From the NCBI GenBank assembly GCA_029260825.1, contig JAJDCM010000176.1:1-45618 (forward strand): a stretch of DNA of 45,618 nucleotides. Direction: 5' to 3'. Shown here in pieces: positions 9,120-18,033 of this stretch. The notes under the pieces were generated by a model. That model saw only the letters and a program-made list of their open reading frames with translations, was not told the DNA's origin and did not search any database. The stretch is from Planctomycetota bacterium. GTDB lineage: Bacteria > Planctomycetota > JACOTG01 > JAJDCM01. How positions within the stretch are numbered: the first letter of the stretch is position 1; each line of letters starts with the position of its first letter. A program made the position numbers and the translations under genes.

Positions 9120-10966
9120 GAAACCGACCTCCTCCAAAGTACAGCCACGGAAAGAACGATCGGGGCCAAGATCCATCCGAGCGGAACCCAGATCTCGGTA
9201 CCCGCATAGTCAAACACCGCATTACTTGCCCCCTGGGCGAGGTCTGCATACACACGCAGGAACGACGTGTCTCCCAGCGGCGTCGGTAAGTAGGCGGTGG
9301 GAAGCCATTTTTCGACCTCAAATGAACGTGCGATCGTCCGGGACAAATCGAGAGCCAGGAGTCCTCCCAGGCAAAGCCCAAGAGCCGAAGCAGCCCCCCT
9401 GGTTACCGAGCCAAAAAGAAAACCAAGAGCTGCCAGCGACAGAAGCGGAAGGATCGGAGAAAACACCGCTCGTCGAAGCTCTGGCCACAGCTCCTCGGCC
9501 GGAACAAGAGGAAACTCCTCACCGTTTGGAAGGATCTCGACCACTCCGGAAAAATCAAGCACCGATGCCGATGCCAGAAAAGAGGCACCTGAAAGGAGGG
9601 CGTAACTCAAAAGGGCAAAGAAGAGAACCGAGAGCACCTTGCCGACAACGAATTGAAGCCTGCCGATCGGAAGCAACATGAGATTCCGCCAGGTTCCTCG
9701 GGTCAACTCGCCGGAAATCGATTGGCTCGCAAGAGCCGCAAGAATGAGAGCACAAAAAGGAAGCGACGCCTGCAAACCCACAGCCACCCCCTCAAAGGCC
9801 GTCATGCTCGTGGCGCTGAAGAGGGATTCGCTTCCCACGTCAGCCGCGTCAGTAGCACTTGCTGCTCTTCGCCTCAAGATGGCAAAAACCGCCAGGAGTG
9901 CTGGCAACGAAATCAAGAGAGCCCGACCCAAGGTGAACGCCCGGCGCACGTCATGGGAAAAGGCCCGGAAAATCGGTTGTCTGGGTGCCAGGCGGGCGGG
10001 CGGTGTGTCGCGCAAGTCGGAAGCTACCGGGGATTGCGCTTCCCGACCACCTGAAGGAGCCACGGAAGGCTCGACGAATCGAAGATAGATCTCCTCGAGG
10101 GTTCTTTCCTTCGGAGCAAACAGCTTCACTCCAAGGCCCGCCCCGACCACCTTGCGCATACCGTCGGCGGGGGAGACCTGGTTCATGTTGAGCATCAAGC
10201 CCTCGCCGGCGACGGAGCACTGAACCCCCGCCTCGGAAAGAACCGATCGAGCCTTCAAATCATCATCCGTCTGAAGAAGATAACGATCACTCTCGACACC
10301 GATGAGCTTCTTCGTTTCCTCCTCGATGAGAAGGGATCCTTCTTTCAGGACCCCGATCCGGTTGCACAACGCCGCCACGTCGGTCAGTTGATGGCTCGAG
10401 AGCAAAACCGTCATGCCTTCATCGGTGGTGAGCTCCTTGATCAAGCGTTTCATATCCGAAAGTCCTTCCGGATCGAGACCGTTTCCAGGTTCGTCCAGAA
10501 GAAGATAGGAGGGTCGGCCGATCAGCGCCATCCCGATTCCCAGACGTTGTTTCATGCCGTGGGAATAGGAGCGCACCGGTTTTCTCCCGACCTGGGAGAG
10601 GCCCACGTGGGAAAGCAGGCGACCCGCTTCGTACCGGGTGTTTTTTCCCGGTTCGCCGGAAAGCTGAAGGAGAGTTCGCAGGTTGCGCTCACCGCTCCAG
10701 GAATCGTAAAAACCCGGAACTTCGATCAAGCCCCCCATCCGAGCCCGAGCCTCCCGGGGATGACGATGAGCATCGAACCCGTCAACCTCGACCCTCCCTC
10801 GATTCGGGCGGAGCAGCCCAAGAGCAATGCGCATCAGGGTGGTCTTTCCCGCCCCATTATGCCCGATAAAGCCGTAGCAATCCCCCGAACGCACATGCAA
10901 CGAAACATCGTTGAGGGCAACCTGATCCGAAAAGCGCTGGCTAAGCGAGATGAGTCGTAGGGACAT
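9116..10966 (-). CDS. ABC transporter, fused ATP-binding and ABC-2-type permease protein
   Basis: Begins MSLRLISLSQRFSDQVALNDVSLHV. Walker A GHNGAGKTT, ABC signature and Walker B are followed by about 300 aa with six hydrophobic segments. ATG at 10966 chosen; the track start at 10975 is a TTG. Confidence 0.75.
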   Translation of the reverse strand: MSLRLISLSQRFSDQVALNDVSLHVRSGDCYGFIGHNGAGKTTLMRIALGLLRPNRGRVEVDGFDAHRHPREARARMGGLIEVPGFYDSWSGERNLRTLLQLSGEPGKNTRYEAGRLLSHVGLSQVGRKPVRSYSHGMKQRLGIGMALIGRPSYLLLDEPGNGLDPEGLSDMKRLIKELTTDEGMTVLLSSHQLTDVAALCNRIGVLKEGSLLIEEETKKLIGVESDRYLLQTDDDLKARSVLSEAGVQCSVAGEGLMLNMNQVSPADGMRKVVGAGLGVKLFAPKERTLEEIYLRFVEPSVAPSGGREAQSPVASDLRDTPPARLAPRQPIFRAFSHDVRRAFTLGRALLISLPALLAVFAILRRRAASATDAADVGSESLFSATSMTAFEGVAVGLQASLPFCALILAALASQSISGELTRGTWRNLMLLPIGRLQFVVGKVLSVLFFALLSYALLSGASFLASASVLDFSGVVEILPNGEEFPLVPAEELWPELRRAVFSPILPLLSLAALGFLFGSVTRGAASALGLCLGGLLALDLSRTIARSFEVEKWLPTAYLPTPLGDTSFLRVYADLAQGASNAVFDYAGTEIWVPLGWILAPIVLSVAVLWRRSVS

Positions 10967-11178
10967 GGTCACCAATGTGCATCGCGAAAACCTTGAGTCA
11001 AGTGGAGCTTTTGAATCTACGCAGCAAGGGCCAATACGTTACGAGGTCTCGCCCATTCCAAGGTATGGGGGAAAGAAACCCAAAATTTGACCAGGATTTG
11101 CCCCCGACTCGATTCCCGTCCCGAATTCCGGTTACACTGCTGACTCACTCATCCGGCAGCTCCAGCTACGAGGATCCG

Positions 11179-12441
11179 ATGGCCCAAGTCACTTCTGAAA
11201 TCACCCGACTCAAGCAAGTTCTCGTTCATGAACCCGGTCCGGAAGTGGACCGGATGGTTCCGGAGATGATGGAGGAGCTTCTCTTCGACGACATCATCTT
11301 CGGCGACGAGGCCCGAAACGAACACGCCATCTTTCGAGGCGTGATGGAAACCCTGGGGATCGAGATCCTGGAGTCCCGAGACCTCTTGCAGGATGTCCTG
11401 GAGAACCCGGAGGCGACATCCTGGCTCCTTGATATCCTCGTTGGAAGCCCCGCCGGGAACCTCAAGACGCGCATGGAATCCATGCCCCCCAAGGACTTGG
11501 CCAACATGCTCATCACCGGGCTTCGACATCACCCGGAGCAGGGAGACCTCGATGCGGACAGTCTCTTTGAGATCTCCCCCGTCCCGAACTGGTGCTTCCA
11601 GCGGGACCCCCAGGTCATTCTTGGCAACGGCGTGATGTTCTCCGCCATGGCGACACCCGCTCGCTGGCGAGAAACTCTTCTCACCCGGACCATCTTTCGC
11701 TATCACCCGAGGCTCTCCTCCGTGCCGGTCATTCTCGACCCGCTTCAACCCCAGACGGCAAGGCTACTCTTCATGGGACTGAAGAGCCCCCATTTTGAAG
11801 GCGGCGACTTTCTGGTTCTTGGCAAAGACGTGGTGGCGATCGGGCTCTCGGAGCGAACGAATCGGGCAGGGGTCCAGCTCGTCGCCAAGTCCCTCTCCCG
11901 CCTCGATGATGGACCCAGATGGCTCATCGTGGTCGATCTCCCCCGAAGACGCTCCTACATGCATCTTGACACGGTCTTCAATCCGGTGGATCACAACTCT
12001 TGCCTTGCTCACGCTCCGGTCATGCTACCCGGAGGAAGTGAAGAGGCGGCCATCTTCGAGATTGACCTGAAAGACAAGAATCTTGAACCAATTCCCCGGG
12101 GGAGCTTCCTGGCAACGTTGAAGAACAGAGGCATCGACTACGAGCCGATTCCCTGCGGAGGGCCCGATCCGGTAGCTCAACAGCGAGAGCAATGGACCGA
12201 TGGATCCAACACCCTCGCCCTGGCTCCGGGAGTCGTGACCCTCTATGAACGGAACGTGCAAACGACCCACGAGCTTTCGCGGCACGGGTTCTCGGTGGTC
12301 AATGCCAAGGACGTGATCGACAAGACGGTGAAGATCGATCTTGACCATCCAAAAAGGACGTGCATCCTCCTACCCAGTCATGAGATCTCCCGGGCACGTG
12401 GTGGGCCTCATTGCCTCTCTCATCCCCTGGAGCGAGAATAG
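11179..12441 (+). CDS. arcA: Arginine deiminase
   Basis: 421 aa from the ATG at 11179 (GAGGAT SD 5 nt upstream). The N-terminus SEITRLKQVLVHEPGPE and the LLFDDIIF...ARNEH segment are ADI signatures. C-terminal GGPHCLSHPL carries the amidinotransferase-superfamily catalytic Cys. The upstream 68 codons of the track ORF lack homology. Confidence 0.8.
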   Translation: MAQVTSEITRLKQVLVHEPGPEVDRMVPEMMEELLFDDIIFGDEARNEHAIFRGVMETLGIEILESRDLLQDVLENPEATSWLLDILVGSPAGNLKTRMESMPPKDLANMLITGLRHHPEQGDLDADSLFEISPVPNWCFQRDPQVILGNGVMFSAMATPARWRETLLTRTIFRYHPRLSSVPVILDPLQPQTARLLFMGLKSPHFEGGDFLVLGKDVVAIGLSERTNRAGVQLVAKSLSRLDDGPRWLIVVDLPRRRSYMHLDTVFNPVDHNSCLAHAPVMLPGGSEEAAIFEIDLKDKNLEPIPRGSFLATLKNRGIDYEPIPCGGPDPVAQQREQWTDGSNTLALAPGVVTLYERNVQTTHELSRHGFSVVNAKDVIDKTVKIDLDHPKRTCILLPSHEISRARGGPHCLSHPLERE

Positions 12442-12501
12442 CCGCAAGCTACCCAACACAGCAATCCGATATCCTGCAACAGGTTGCAAGGAGAAACACA
12501 C

Positions 12502-12972
12502 ATGATCGAGCAAAACTGCACCACCGCAATTGAACTTCTGACCGACCGACTTCAAGACGTCCCTCTCATGATTCTTGAGCTCCCCTCCGATCGACTTTCG
12601 GAAAAAGCGTCCCCGGAGAAATGGTCCGGAAAAGAGATCCTGGGGCACCTCACCGACTCGGCCCGAGCCAACCTGACCCGGTTTCTCGAAGCCCAACACG
12701 GAGAGGAGCCCTACGTTTCCCGGTCCTACCCGCAGGAGGCCCTGGTGAACTTAAACGGGTACCAGGACCTGACCGTCTCTCAGGTTCTCGCCCTCTGGGA
12801 GGCCTGGAACCGGGAGATCGTAAGGGTCCTGAAACTCATCCCTCAAGGAGCCCTCGGCCGGCGGATCTCCTTTGAAAACAACGACCCGGAAAAGACCCTG
12901 GGCTGGCTGATCGAAGACTATATTGAACACCTCGATCACCACCTCGCCGTCATCAAAAGCCAGGGGGACTGA
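12502..12972 (+). CDS. DinB/YfiT-like (DinB_2) family protein
   Basis: 156 aa. ATG at 12502 is preceded by AAGGAG 8 nt upstream. Carries the His-containing helical-bundle motifs typical of DinB superfamily metal-dependent proteins (GHLTDSA...IEDYIEHLDHH). Confidence 0.55.
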   Translation: MIEQNCTTAIELLTDRLQDVPLMILELPSDRLSEKASPEKWSGKEILGHLTDSARANLTRFLEAQHGEEPYVSRSYPQEALVNLNGYQDLTVSQVLALWEAWNREIVRVLKLIPQGALGRRISFENNDPEKTLGWLIEDYIEHLDHHLAVIKSQGD

Positions 12973-13029
12973 CCCGGATCATCAGGTTCATCCTTGCCAA
13001 ACCGTGTCGTCACCGGTATCCCTCTCTTC

Positions 13030-14229
13030 ATGTTGAAGCTTCTTTCCAACGCTGAGGTCTTTGCTCCCGAGCCACTGGGTCAAAAAAACCTCCTAGTCGC
13101 AGCCGGGAAGATCGTGTGGATGGGATCCTCACCCCCGAGCCCGCTGCCCTCTTCGATCGAAATCGAGGAAACCGACCTGACCGGACACCGACTCATCCCC
13201 GGGCTGATTGACTGTCACGCCCACCTGACCGGTGGCGGTGGAGAGGCCGGCTTCAAGAGCCGTGTCCCTCCCCTTGGCGTCAGTCAGTTCACCCGCGCCG
13301 GAACAACCACGGTTGTCGGAGTCCTGGGTACGGACGACATCACCCGAGGGACGGCGGGATTGGTGGCGGCCGCCCGAGGTCTTCGGGAAGAGGGACTCTC
13401 CGCATTCTGTCTCACCGGGGGCTATCACGTACCACCCGTCACCCTCACCGGAAGCGTTCGGGATGACATCGTGCACGTTGATCCCATCATCGGCGTGGGC
13501 GAAATTGCCATCAGCGATCACCGATCCAGTCAGCCGACACGAGATGAGCTTCTGCGTATCGCAGCAGAAGCTCACGTAGCCGGAATGCTCAGCGGCAAGG
13601 CGGGCCTCGTTCACCTTCACCTGGGAGATGGGGACCGAGGGCTGAAGATGATCGAAGAGGCTCTCGATCAAACCGAGCTTCCGGCACGAGTTTTTCATCC
13701 AACCCACGTGAATCGAAAAAAGAAGCTCTTCGAACAAGCCCTCGGCATGACGAAGCGGGGAGTGACGGTCGACGTCACAGCGTTTCCCGTGGAAGAAGGA
13801 GAAGATGCCTGGTCCGCGGAAGACGCGGTGGAGCGCTTTGTTCGGGCAGACCTATCTCCCCACCGATTGACGGTGAGTTCGGACGCAGGTGGGAGCCTTC
13901 CTTGCTTTGACCGGGAGGGTCAGCTTGTCCACTATGACGTTGCTCATCCCCAGGCAGTCGGCCATTGCCTCCAGAAGCTCCTTTCCCGGGGGCTTCCCCT
14001 CGAGGTGGTGCTCCCCTTCTTTACCTCGAACGTCGCCGAACAGTTTCGCTTCGAGCATAAAGGTCGAATCAGAGTGGGAGCCGACGCCGACCTTGTTGCT
14101 CTCGATGCCAAAGCGTTTCCAGGCCATGTGATGTGCGCAGGCGAATGGCACGTTCGCTCGGGAATCCTTGCCCGCAAGGGAATGTTTGAAAAAGACAAAA
14201 CCAATTCTTCCGGAGCTCATCGTGAATAA
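13030..14229 (+). CDS. iadA: Isoaspartyl (beta-aspartyl) dipeptidase
   Basis: Begins MLKLLSNAEVFAPEPLGQKNLLVAAGKIVWMG, followed by the amidohydrolase HxH metal site (IDCHAHLTGGGGE). Length of about 400 aa is typical of IadA. Start ATG at 13030; the track start at 12994 is a TTG. Confidence 0.8.
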   Translation: MLKLLSNAEVFAPEPLGQKNLLVAAGKIVWMGSSPPSPLPSSIEIEETDLTGHRLIPGLIDCHAHLTGGGGEAGFKSRVPPLGVSQFTRAGTTTVVGVLGTDDITRGTAGLVAAARGLREEGLSAFCLTGGYHVPPVTLTGSVRDDIVHVDPIIGVGEIAISDHRSSQPTRDELLRIAAEAHVAGMLSGKAGLVHLHLGDGDRGLKMIEEALDQTELPARVFHPTHVNRKKKLFEQALGMTKRGVTVDVTAFPVEEGEDAWSAEDAVERFVRADLSPHRLTVSSDAGGSLPCFDREGQLVHYDVAHPQAVGHCLQKLLSRGLPLEVVLPFFTSNVAEQFRFEHKGRIRVGADADLVALDAKAFPGHVMCAGEWHVRSGILARKGMFEKDKTNSSGAHRE

Positions 14230-15031
14230 GAGAGGTTTTATTGTTCCCATCGGAGGCGCGGAAGAAAAGGTTCGCGGAAGATCGATCCTTCGTCACTTCA
14301 CTGAAATCTGTGGAGGGGAGCGAGCAAAAATCGCCATCATCCCGACCGCATCCAGCCTTCCGGACAGCGGACCTCGGTACGAAGAAGTGTTCAAAGACCT
14401 GGGAGTTCAGGAAGCCACGTCTCTTCCTTTTGAGTCGAGAGCCGACTGTGCCCGAGAAGATCTTCTCTCGGTGCTGCGGGAAGCCGACGGCGTCTTTCTT
14501 ACCGGCGGGAACCAGCTCAAGCTCTCGACCACCTTGGGTGGGACTCCTGTTTCCGAGATCCTTCGGGAACGGAATGCCACTGGACTCCACGTGGGCGGGA
14601 CTTCAGCCGGCGCCGCCTATCTCTGTGAACACATGATCGCCTGCGGAGAGGAAGGCCCGACTCCTCGCCCGTCCAGCGTCACTCTGGCCCCTGGCCTTGG
14701 GCTGACCCGACATGTGATTGTTGACCAGCATTTTCGACAGCGAGATCGCATCGGTCGGCTCCTCACGGCTCTTTCCTACAATCCTTTTCCGGTGGGAATC
14801 GGTCTCGATGAAGATACGGCGGTCTTCATCGATGCCAACGATGTCATCGAGGTGCACGGTACAGGTGGACTCACCGTGGTCGACCCGCAAGACATGGAGT
14901 TTTCGTCCATGGATTCCGCAAGACCGGACGACCCGGTCTGTGTCATCGGGGTCAAGCTGCACATCCTCGTTGACAGCTGCAAATACCACCTCGTCGAGCG
15001 AACAGCGAGTCCGGCAGTTTCCCGCTCCTGA
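14222..15031 (+). CDS. cphB: Cyanophycinase (peptidase S51)
   Basis: Motifs GFIVPIGGAEEK, GGNQLKL and GTSAGAAY (Ser nucleophile) match CphB. GTG start at 14222 has GGAG 6 nt upstream and overlaps the iadA stop by 8 nt. About 269 aa. Confidence 0.8.
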   Translation: MNKRGFIVPIGGAEEKVRGRSILRHFTEICGGERAKIAIIPTASSLPDSGPRYEEVFKDLGVQEATSLPFESRADCAREDLLSVLREADGVFLTGGNQLKLSTTLGGTPVSEILRERNATGLHVGGTSAGAAYLCEHMIACGEEGPTPRPSSVTLAPGLGLTRHVIVDQHFRQRDRIGRLLTALSYNPFPVGIGLDEDTAVFIDANDVIEVHGTGGLTVVDPQDMEFSSMDSARPDDPVCVIGVKLHILVDSCKYHLVERTASPAVSRS

Positions 15032-15069
15032 CGAATCCCCCCGAACGTTTTTTAAAAGCGAGACCCATC

Positions 15070-16293
15070 ATGTCCCTTGATCTAGATTTCGTCCGCGCTC
15101 AGTTCCCGGCCCTTTCCTCGACGGATTGGGTCTATATGGACAATGCGGGAGGATCCCTCACCCTCAAACGAGTCGCGGACCGGGTCAGCGATTACCTTCT
15201 CACCACGAGCGTTCAGCACGGAGCAAGTTACGAGATTTCAGCAAGGGCCAAAGAGCGCCTGGAAGAAGCACGCGGTTCGGTAGCAAAGCTCTTTCAAGCC
15301 CGGGAATCGAGGGAGATCGTCTTTGGTCCGTCCTCGACCGTGTTGCTGAAATTTCTTGCACTCGCCATGAAGAGTCAGTTTTCGCCCGGAGATGAGGTCA
15401 TCGTCACGAACGTTGACCACGAGGCAAACATCGGCCCCTGGGTTCATCTTGAAGAAGCTGGAGCCAAGATCCGGTTCTGGAACGTTAACCCTGAATCCTT
15501 GCGCCTTGAAACCAAGGATCTCAAAAATCTCCTCTCTTCAAAAACCCGTCTCGTATGCGTCACCCAGACCTCAAATGTTCTTGGAACAATCGAACCCATT
15601 CAGGAATGGTCAAAAGCGGTTCACGACGCAGGTGCCCAGATCTGCATCGATGGAGTCGCCTTTGCCCCTCATCGCCGAATCGATGTGAAAAACTGGGACG
15701 TGGATTACTACGTGTTCAGCCTCTACAAGGTCTACGGGCCACACATGGGAGCCCTCTACGGGAAAGCAGAGCGGCTTCTTGCCCTCGACAGCATCGGACA
15801 TTTCTTCGTGGGAAAAGAGAAGATTCCCGGGAAGCTGGAACCCGGTAATCCTACCTATGAAATTGCCTACGGATGCGGCGGTATCGTTGATTACCTGGAA
15901 GAACTCGGAAACAGGTGCGATCCTTCCGGGTCCGATCCCCTGACGGCCGCATTCGATCACATCGCGGCCCACGAAGAGATTCTGAGCGCTCGGCTTCTTG
16001 CGTTTCTTACTTCCCGACCCACGATCACCGTGATCGGATCGAAGGTTGCTGATCGTGCCGTGCGCGTCCCCACCCTCAGCTTCACCGTCGCGGGAAAGAG
16101 CTCCAAAGAAATCGTCGAGTCGGTGGACGGGCACAAGATCGGAATTCGCTTCGGTGATTTTCACGCCCACCGGCTGATCAAAGACCTTGAGTTATCATCC
16201 ACGAACGGGGTCGTTCGGGTTTCCCTTGCCCACTACAACACCGTGAAGGAAGTCGATCGACTGGTGGAAGTGCTGGAGAAGCTCGTCGGTTAA
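15070..16293 (+). CDS. Aminotransferase class V-fold PLP-dependent enzyme (cysteine desulfurase/SufS-like)
   Basis: 407 aa. Has the VYMDNAGGS N-terminal motif and the PLP-Lys region FSLYKVYGPHMGALYG, which corresponds to SufS FSGHKxxGPxGxGxLYG. Confidence 0.65.
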   Translation: MSLDLDFVRAQFPALSSTDWVYMDNAGGSLTLKRVADRVSDYLLTTSVQHGASYEISARAKERLEEARGSVAKLFQARESREIVFGPSSTVLLKFLALAMKSQFSPGDEVIVTNVDHEANIGPWVHLEEAGAKIRFWNVNPESLRLETKDLKNLLSSKTRLVCVTQTSNVLGTIEPIQEWSKAVHDAGAQICIDGVAFAPHRRIDVKNWDVDYYVFSLYKVYGPHMGALYGKAERLLALDSIGHFFVGKEKIPGKLEPGNPTYEIAYGCGGIVDYLEELGNRCDPSGSDPLTAAFDHIAAHEEILSARLLAFLTSRPTITVIGSKVADRAVRVPTLSFTVAGKSSKEIVESVDGHKIGIRFGDFHAHRLIKDLELSSTNGVVRVSLAHYNTVKEVDRLVEVLEKLVG

Positions 16294-16569
16294 CCCCCGG
16301 AAGGAAAGTGTTCCTGAAGGAAACGAGTGTCACGAAAACTCCCTCCCTCGCCAAACGCCGTACCTTCCTATCAAACAATAAGTTACTGCTGGCACTTCCT
16401 TCAGCCGTCACCAGGCGTAACCAATTCACCCGATCGACCCGAGCCATCTCCATCGTCTCAAGATCTGCTGAATTCCTCCTAAACCTCAAACAGGAAATCA
16501 GTTCTGCACGCCGAGCCTGAGCCGCGAGATTTCTTTGGCACGCCCCTTGTTCTAAATGCCTTGTAGCCA

Positions 16570-16592
16570 TCTCAAAACCAGCTGTTTTGAGA
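16570..16592. promoter_or_regulatory. Perfect 9-bp inverted repeat TCTCAAAAC-N5-GTTTTGAGA (candidate operator) upstream of the Cys-rich secreted protein gene
   Basis: tctcaaaac cagct gttttgaga lies about 50 nt upstream of the ATG at 16641. A third CTCAAAA copy follows directly. The surrounding 348-nt intergenic region is lower in GC. Confidence 0.3.
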
Positions 16593-16640
16593 ACTCAAAA
16601 TCGGGCAATGAGTCAGGGTTCCAATAAGGAGGTAAGAGGA

Positions 16641-17879
16641 ATGAAGAATCGTAAGTACTCCATCTGTTGTTTGATTGTGCTTCTCTTTCTAGCGGGCGCG
16701 GTCGCACCACCGGCTCGGGCAGTCATCCCCATCCTTGATGGTCTGGATGGCCCCTGCTGTCTCCCCGCTCAGGTCAATCTCCCCCAGTTTCCTCCCATGG
16801 TGCTGGACAGCAAGTACGTCTGCTGGCGAAACTGCGGCCCCGGACTCTCCGGAAACGTCAAGGCCACGTTGACCCCGGTACCAGCCGCCTGCGGGATTTA
16901 TCTCCTGCGCTACACGGTCACGAATCAGGGCGGAAACTTGACCGCCTGGTCCGGTACTCTCGTCATGACCTACTCCAGGACATGGCTCGAAGCCAGGGTA
17001 GATCCTGCCAACCCGGACATTCAGATCTGGCGATTCCTCTTGAATGGAGACCTCAAGGTTTCAAACGAGCTCATCGATCGTTTCGGCAACAACACCTGCG
17101 TGGTTGCGCCCTGCGCCCCCGTTTTCAACCGCAACATCCACGTGTCCGGCTACATCGACTACGCTCAGGATTGCAACACCGGCCAGTTCGAAATCGCCTA
17201 TGCTCTCGACCACGATTGCGATCTCTACGAACATCAGAGCGGTTTCAGTTGCCGCCAGGGAAACTACCACTCCAATCAGTCCTACTCGTGGGTCGGACCT
17301 TCCGCCGGATTCCAGTGTGAGCCCGGTCTCCCGGCTGCCGATGGACCTGTCTTCTGCGAGGCATTCCGCAACTACAACTTCAACATGCCGCTGAACAATA
17401 TCTGCGAGACCGAACAGCCCATCCTGCAGGGGGCCATTCAAACAGAAGCAGAATTCTGCCCCTGCACTTCGGTACCTGCGGCCCCTCAATACAAACTCCA
17501 GCAGTACGGAGCGATGACCGCTTGCAACAGCCTCTCGAACTCCGTCAACGTGGATGTCTTTCCCGGACTCCTTTCCAAAAGCATCGGCTTCTGGACGGAT
17601 CCCGCGCGCTATCCCGGACCCGAGCTATTGCACCTGGAACGGAGCATGGCGGATTACGTCGATGGCTGCAGCCAACAAGGCTCCATCCGACATTTCCGGG
17701 GCGTGATGACCCAGGAGGGCTATTTCACTTACAAGCTGACTCCCGCGGGGTTCCTTCCTCTTCCTCCCAGAATGCTCGATCTTGGGGACGCCACCTTGCC
17801 CAACATGAACGGGCAGCCTCTCATCGGAAAGCGCACCATCTCCGAGCGAATGAAGTACTTCTGGATCGACTTCTTCTAG
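16641..17879 (+). CDS. Hypothetical secreted cysteine-rich protein (no family recognised)
   Basis: Strong SD AAGGAGG 8 nt before the ATG at 16641. Signal peptide MKNRKYSICCLIVLLFLAGAVAPPARA. More than 20 Cys in 412 aa, including CC, CxxxC and CPC pairs. It is an isolated gene with its own terminator. Confidence 0.6.
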   Translation: MKNRKYSICCLIVLLFLAGAVAPPARAVIPILDGLDGPCCLPAQVNLPQFPPMVLDSKYVCWRNCGPGLSGNVKATLTPVPAACGIYLLRYTVTNQGGNLTAWSGTLVMTYSRTWLEARVDPANPDIQIWRFLLNGDLKVSNELIDRFGNNTCVVAPCAPVFNRNIHVSGYIDYAQDCNTGQFEIAYALDHDCDLYEHQSGFSCRQGNYHSNQSYSWVGPSAGFQCEPGLPAADGPVFCEAFRNYNFNMPLNNICETEQPILQGAIQTEAEFCPCTSVPAAPQYKLQQYGAMTACNSLSNSVNVDVFPGLLSKSIGFWTDPARYPGPELLHLERSMADYVDGCSQQGSIRHFRGVMTQEGYFTYKLTPAGFLPLPPRMLDLGDATLPNMNGQPLIGKRTISERMKYFWIDFF

Positions 17880-17927
17880 AGATTGCCAGAATGGGGTAAG
17901 CCCCCACGGCAGAGTCGAGAAAACAAA

Positions 17928-17962
17928 AGCCCCGTGTGCAATCGCTGCACCGGGGCTTTCCT
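17928..17962 (+). terminator. Rho-independent terminator-like hairpin
   Basis: agccccgtgtgca-atcgc-tgcaccggggct is GC-rich with an imperfect 12-bp stem, followed by TTTCCT. It begins 48 nt after the stop at 17879. Confidence 0.4.
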
Positions 17963-18033
17963 ACGGATGAAGCCAGGTCCGTTTGGTCGGCGGCACCTGG
18001 CAGGTTGGCCCTCCTCACGGTAAACTCCTCCCC

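Noticed and set aside
10388-10960. 190-aa ORF on the + strand
   Set aside because: It is antisense to the ABC ATPase domain (Walker motifs are on the minus strand).
10966-11179. Divergent promoter or ArgR box between the ABC operon and arcA
   Set aside because: TTGACC is present at about 11086, but there is no convincing -10 element or ARG-box dyad. It is too weak to call.
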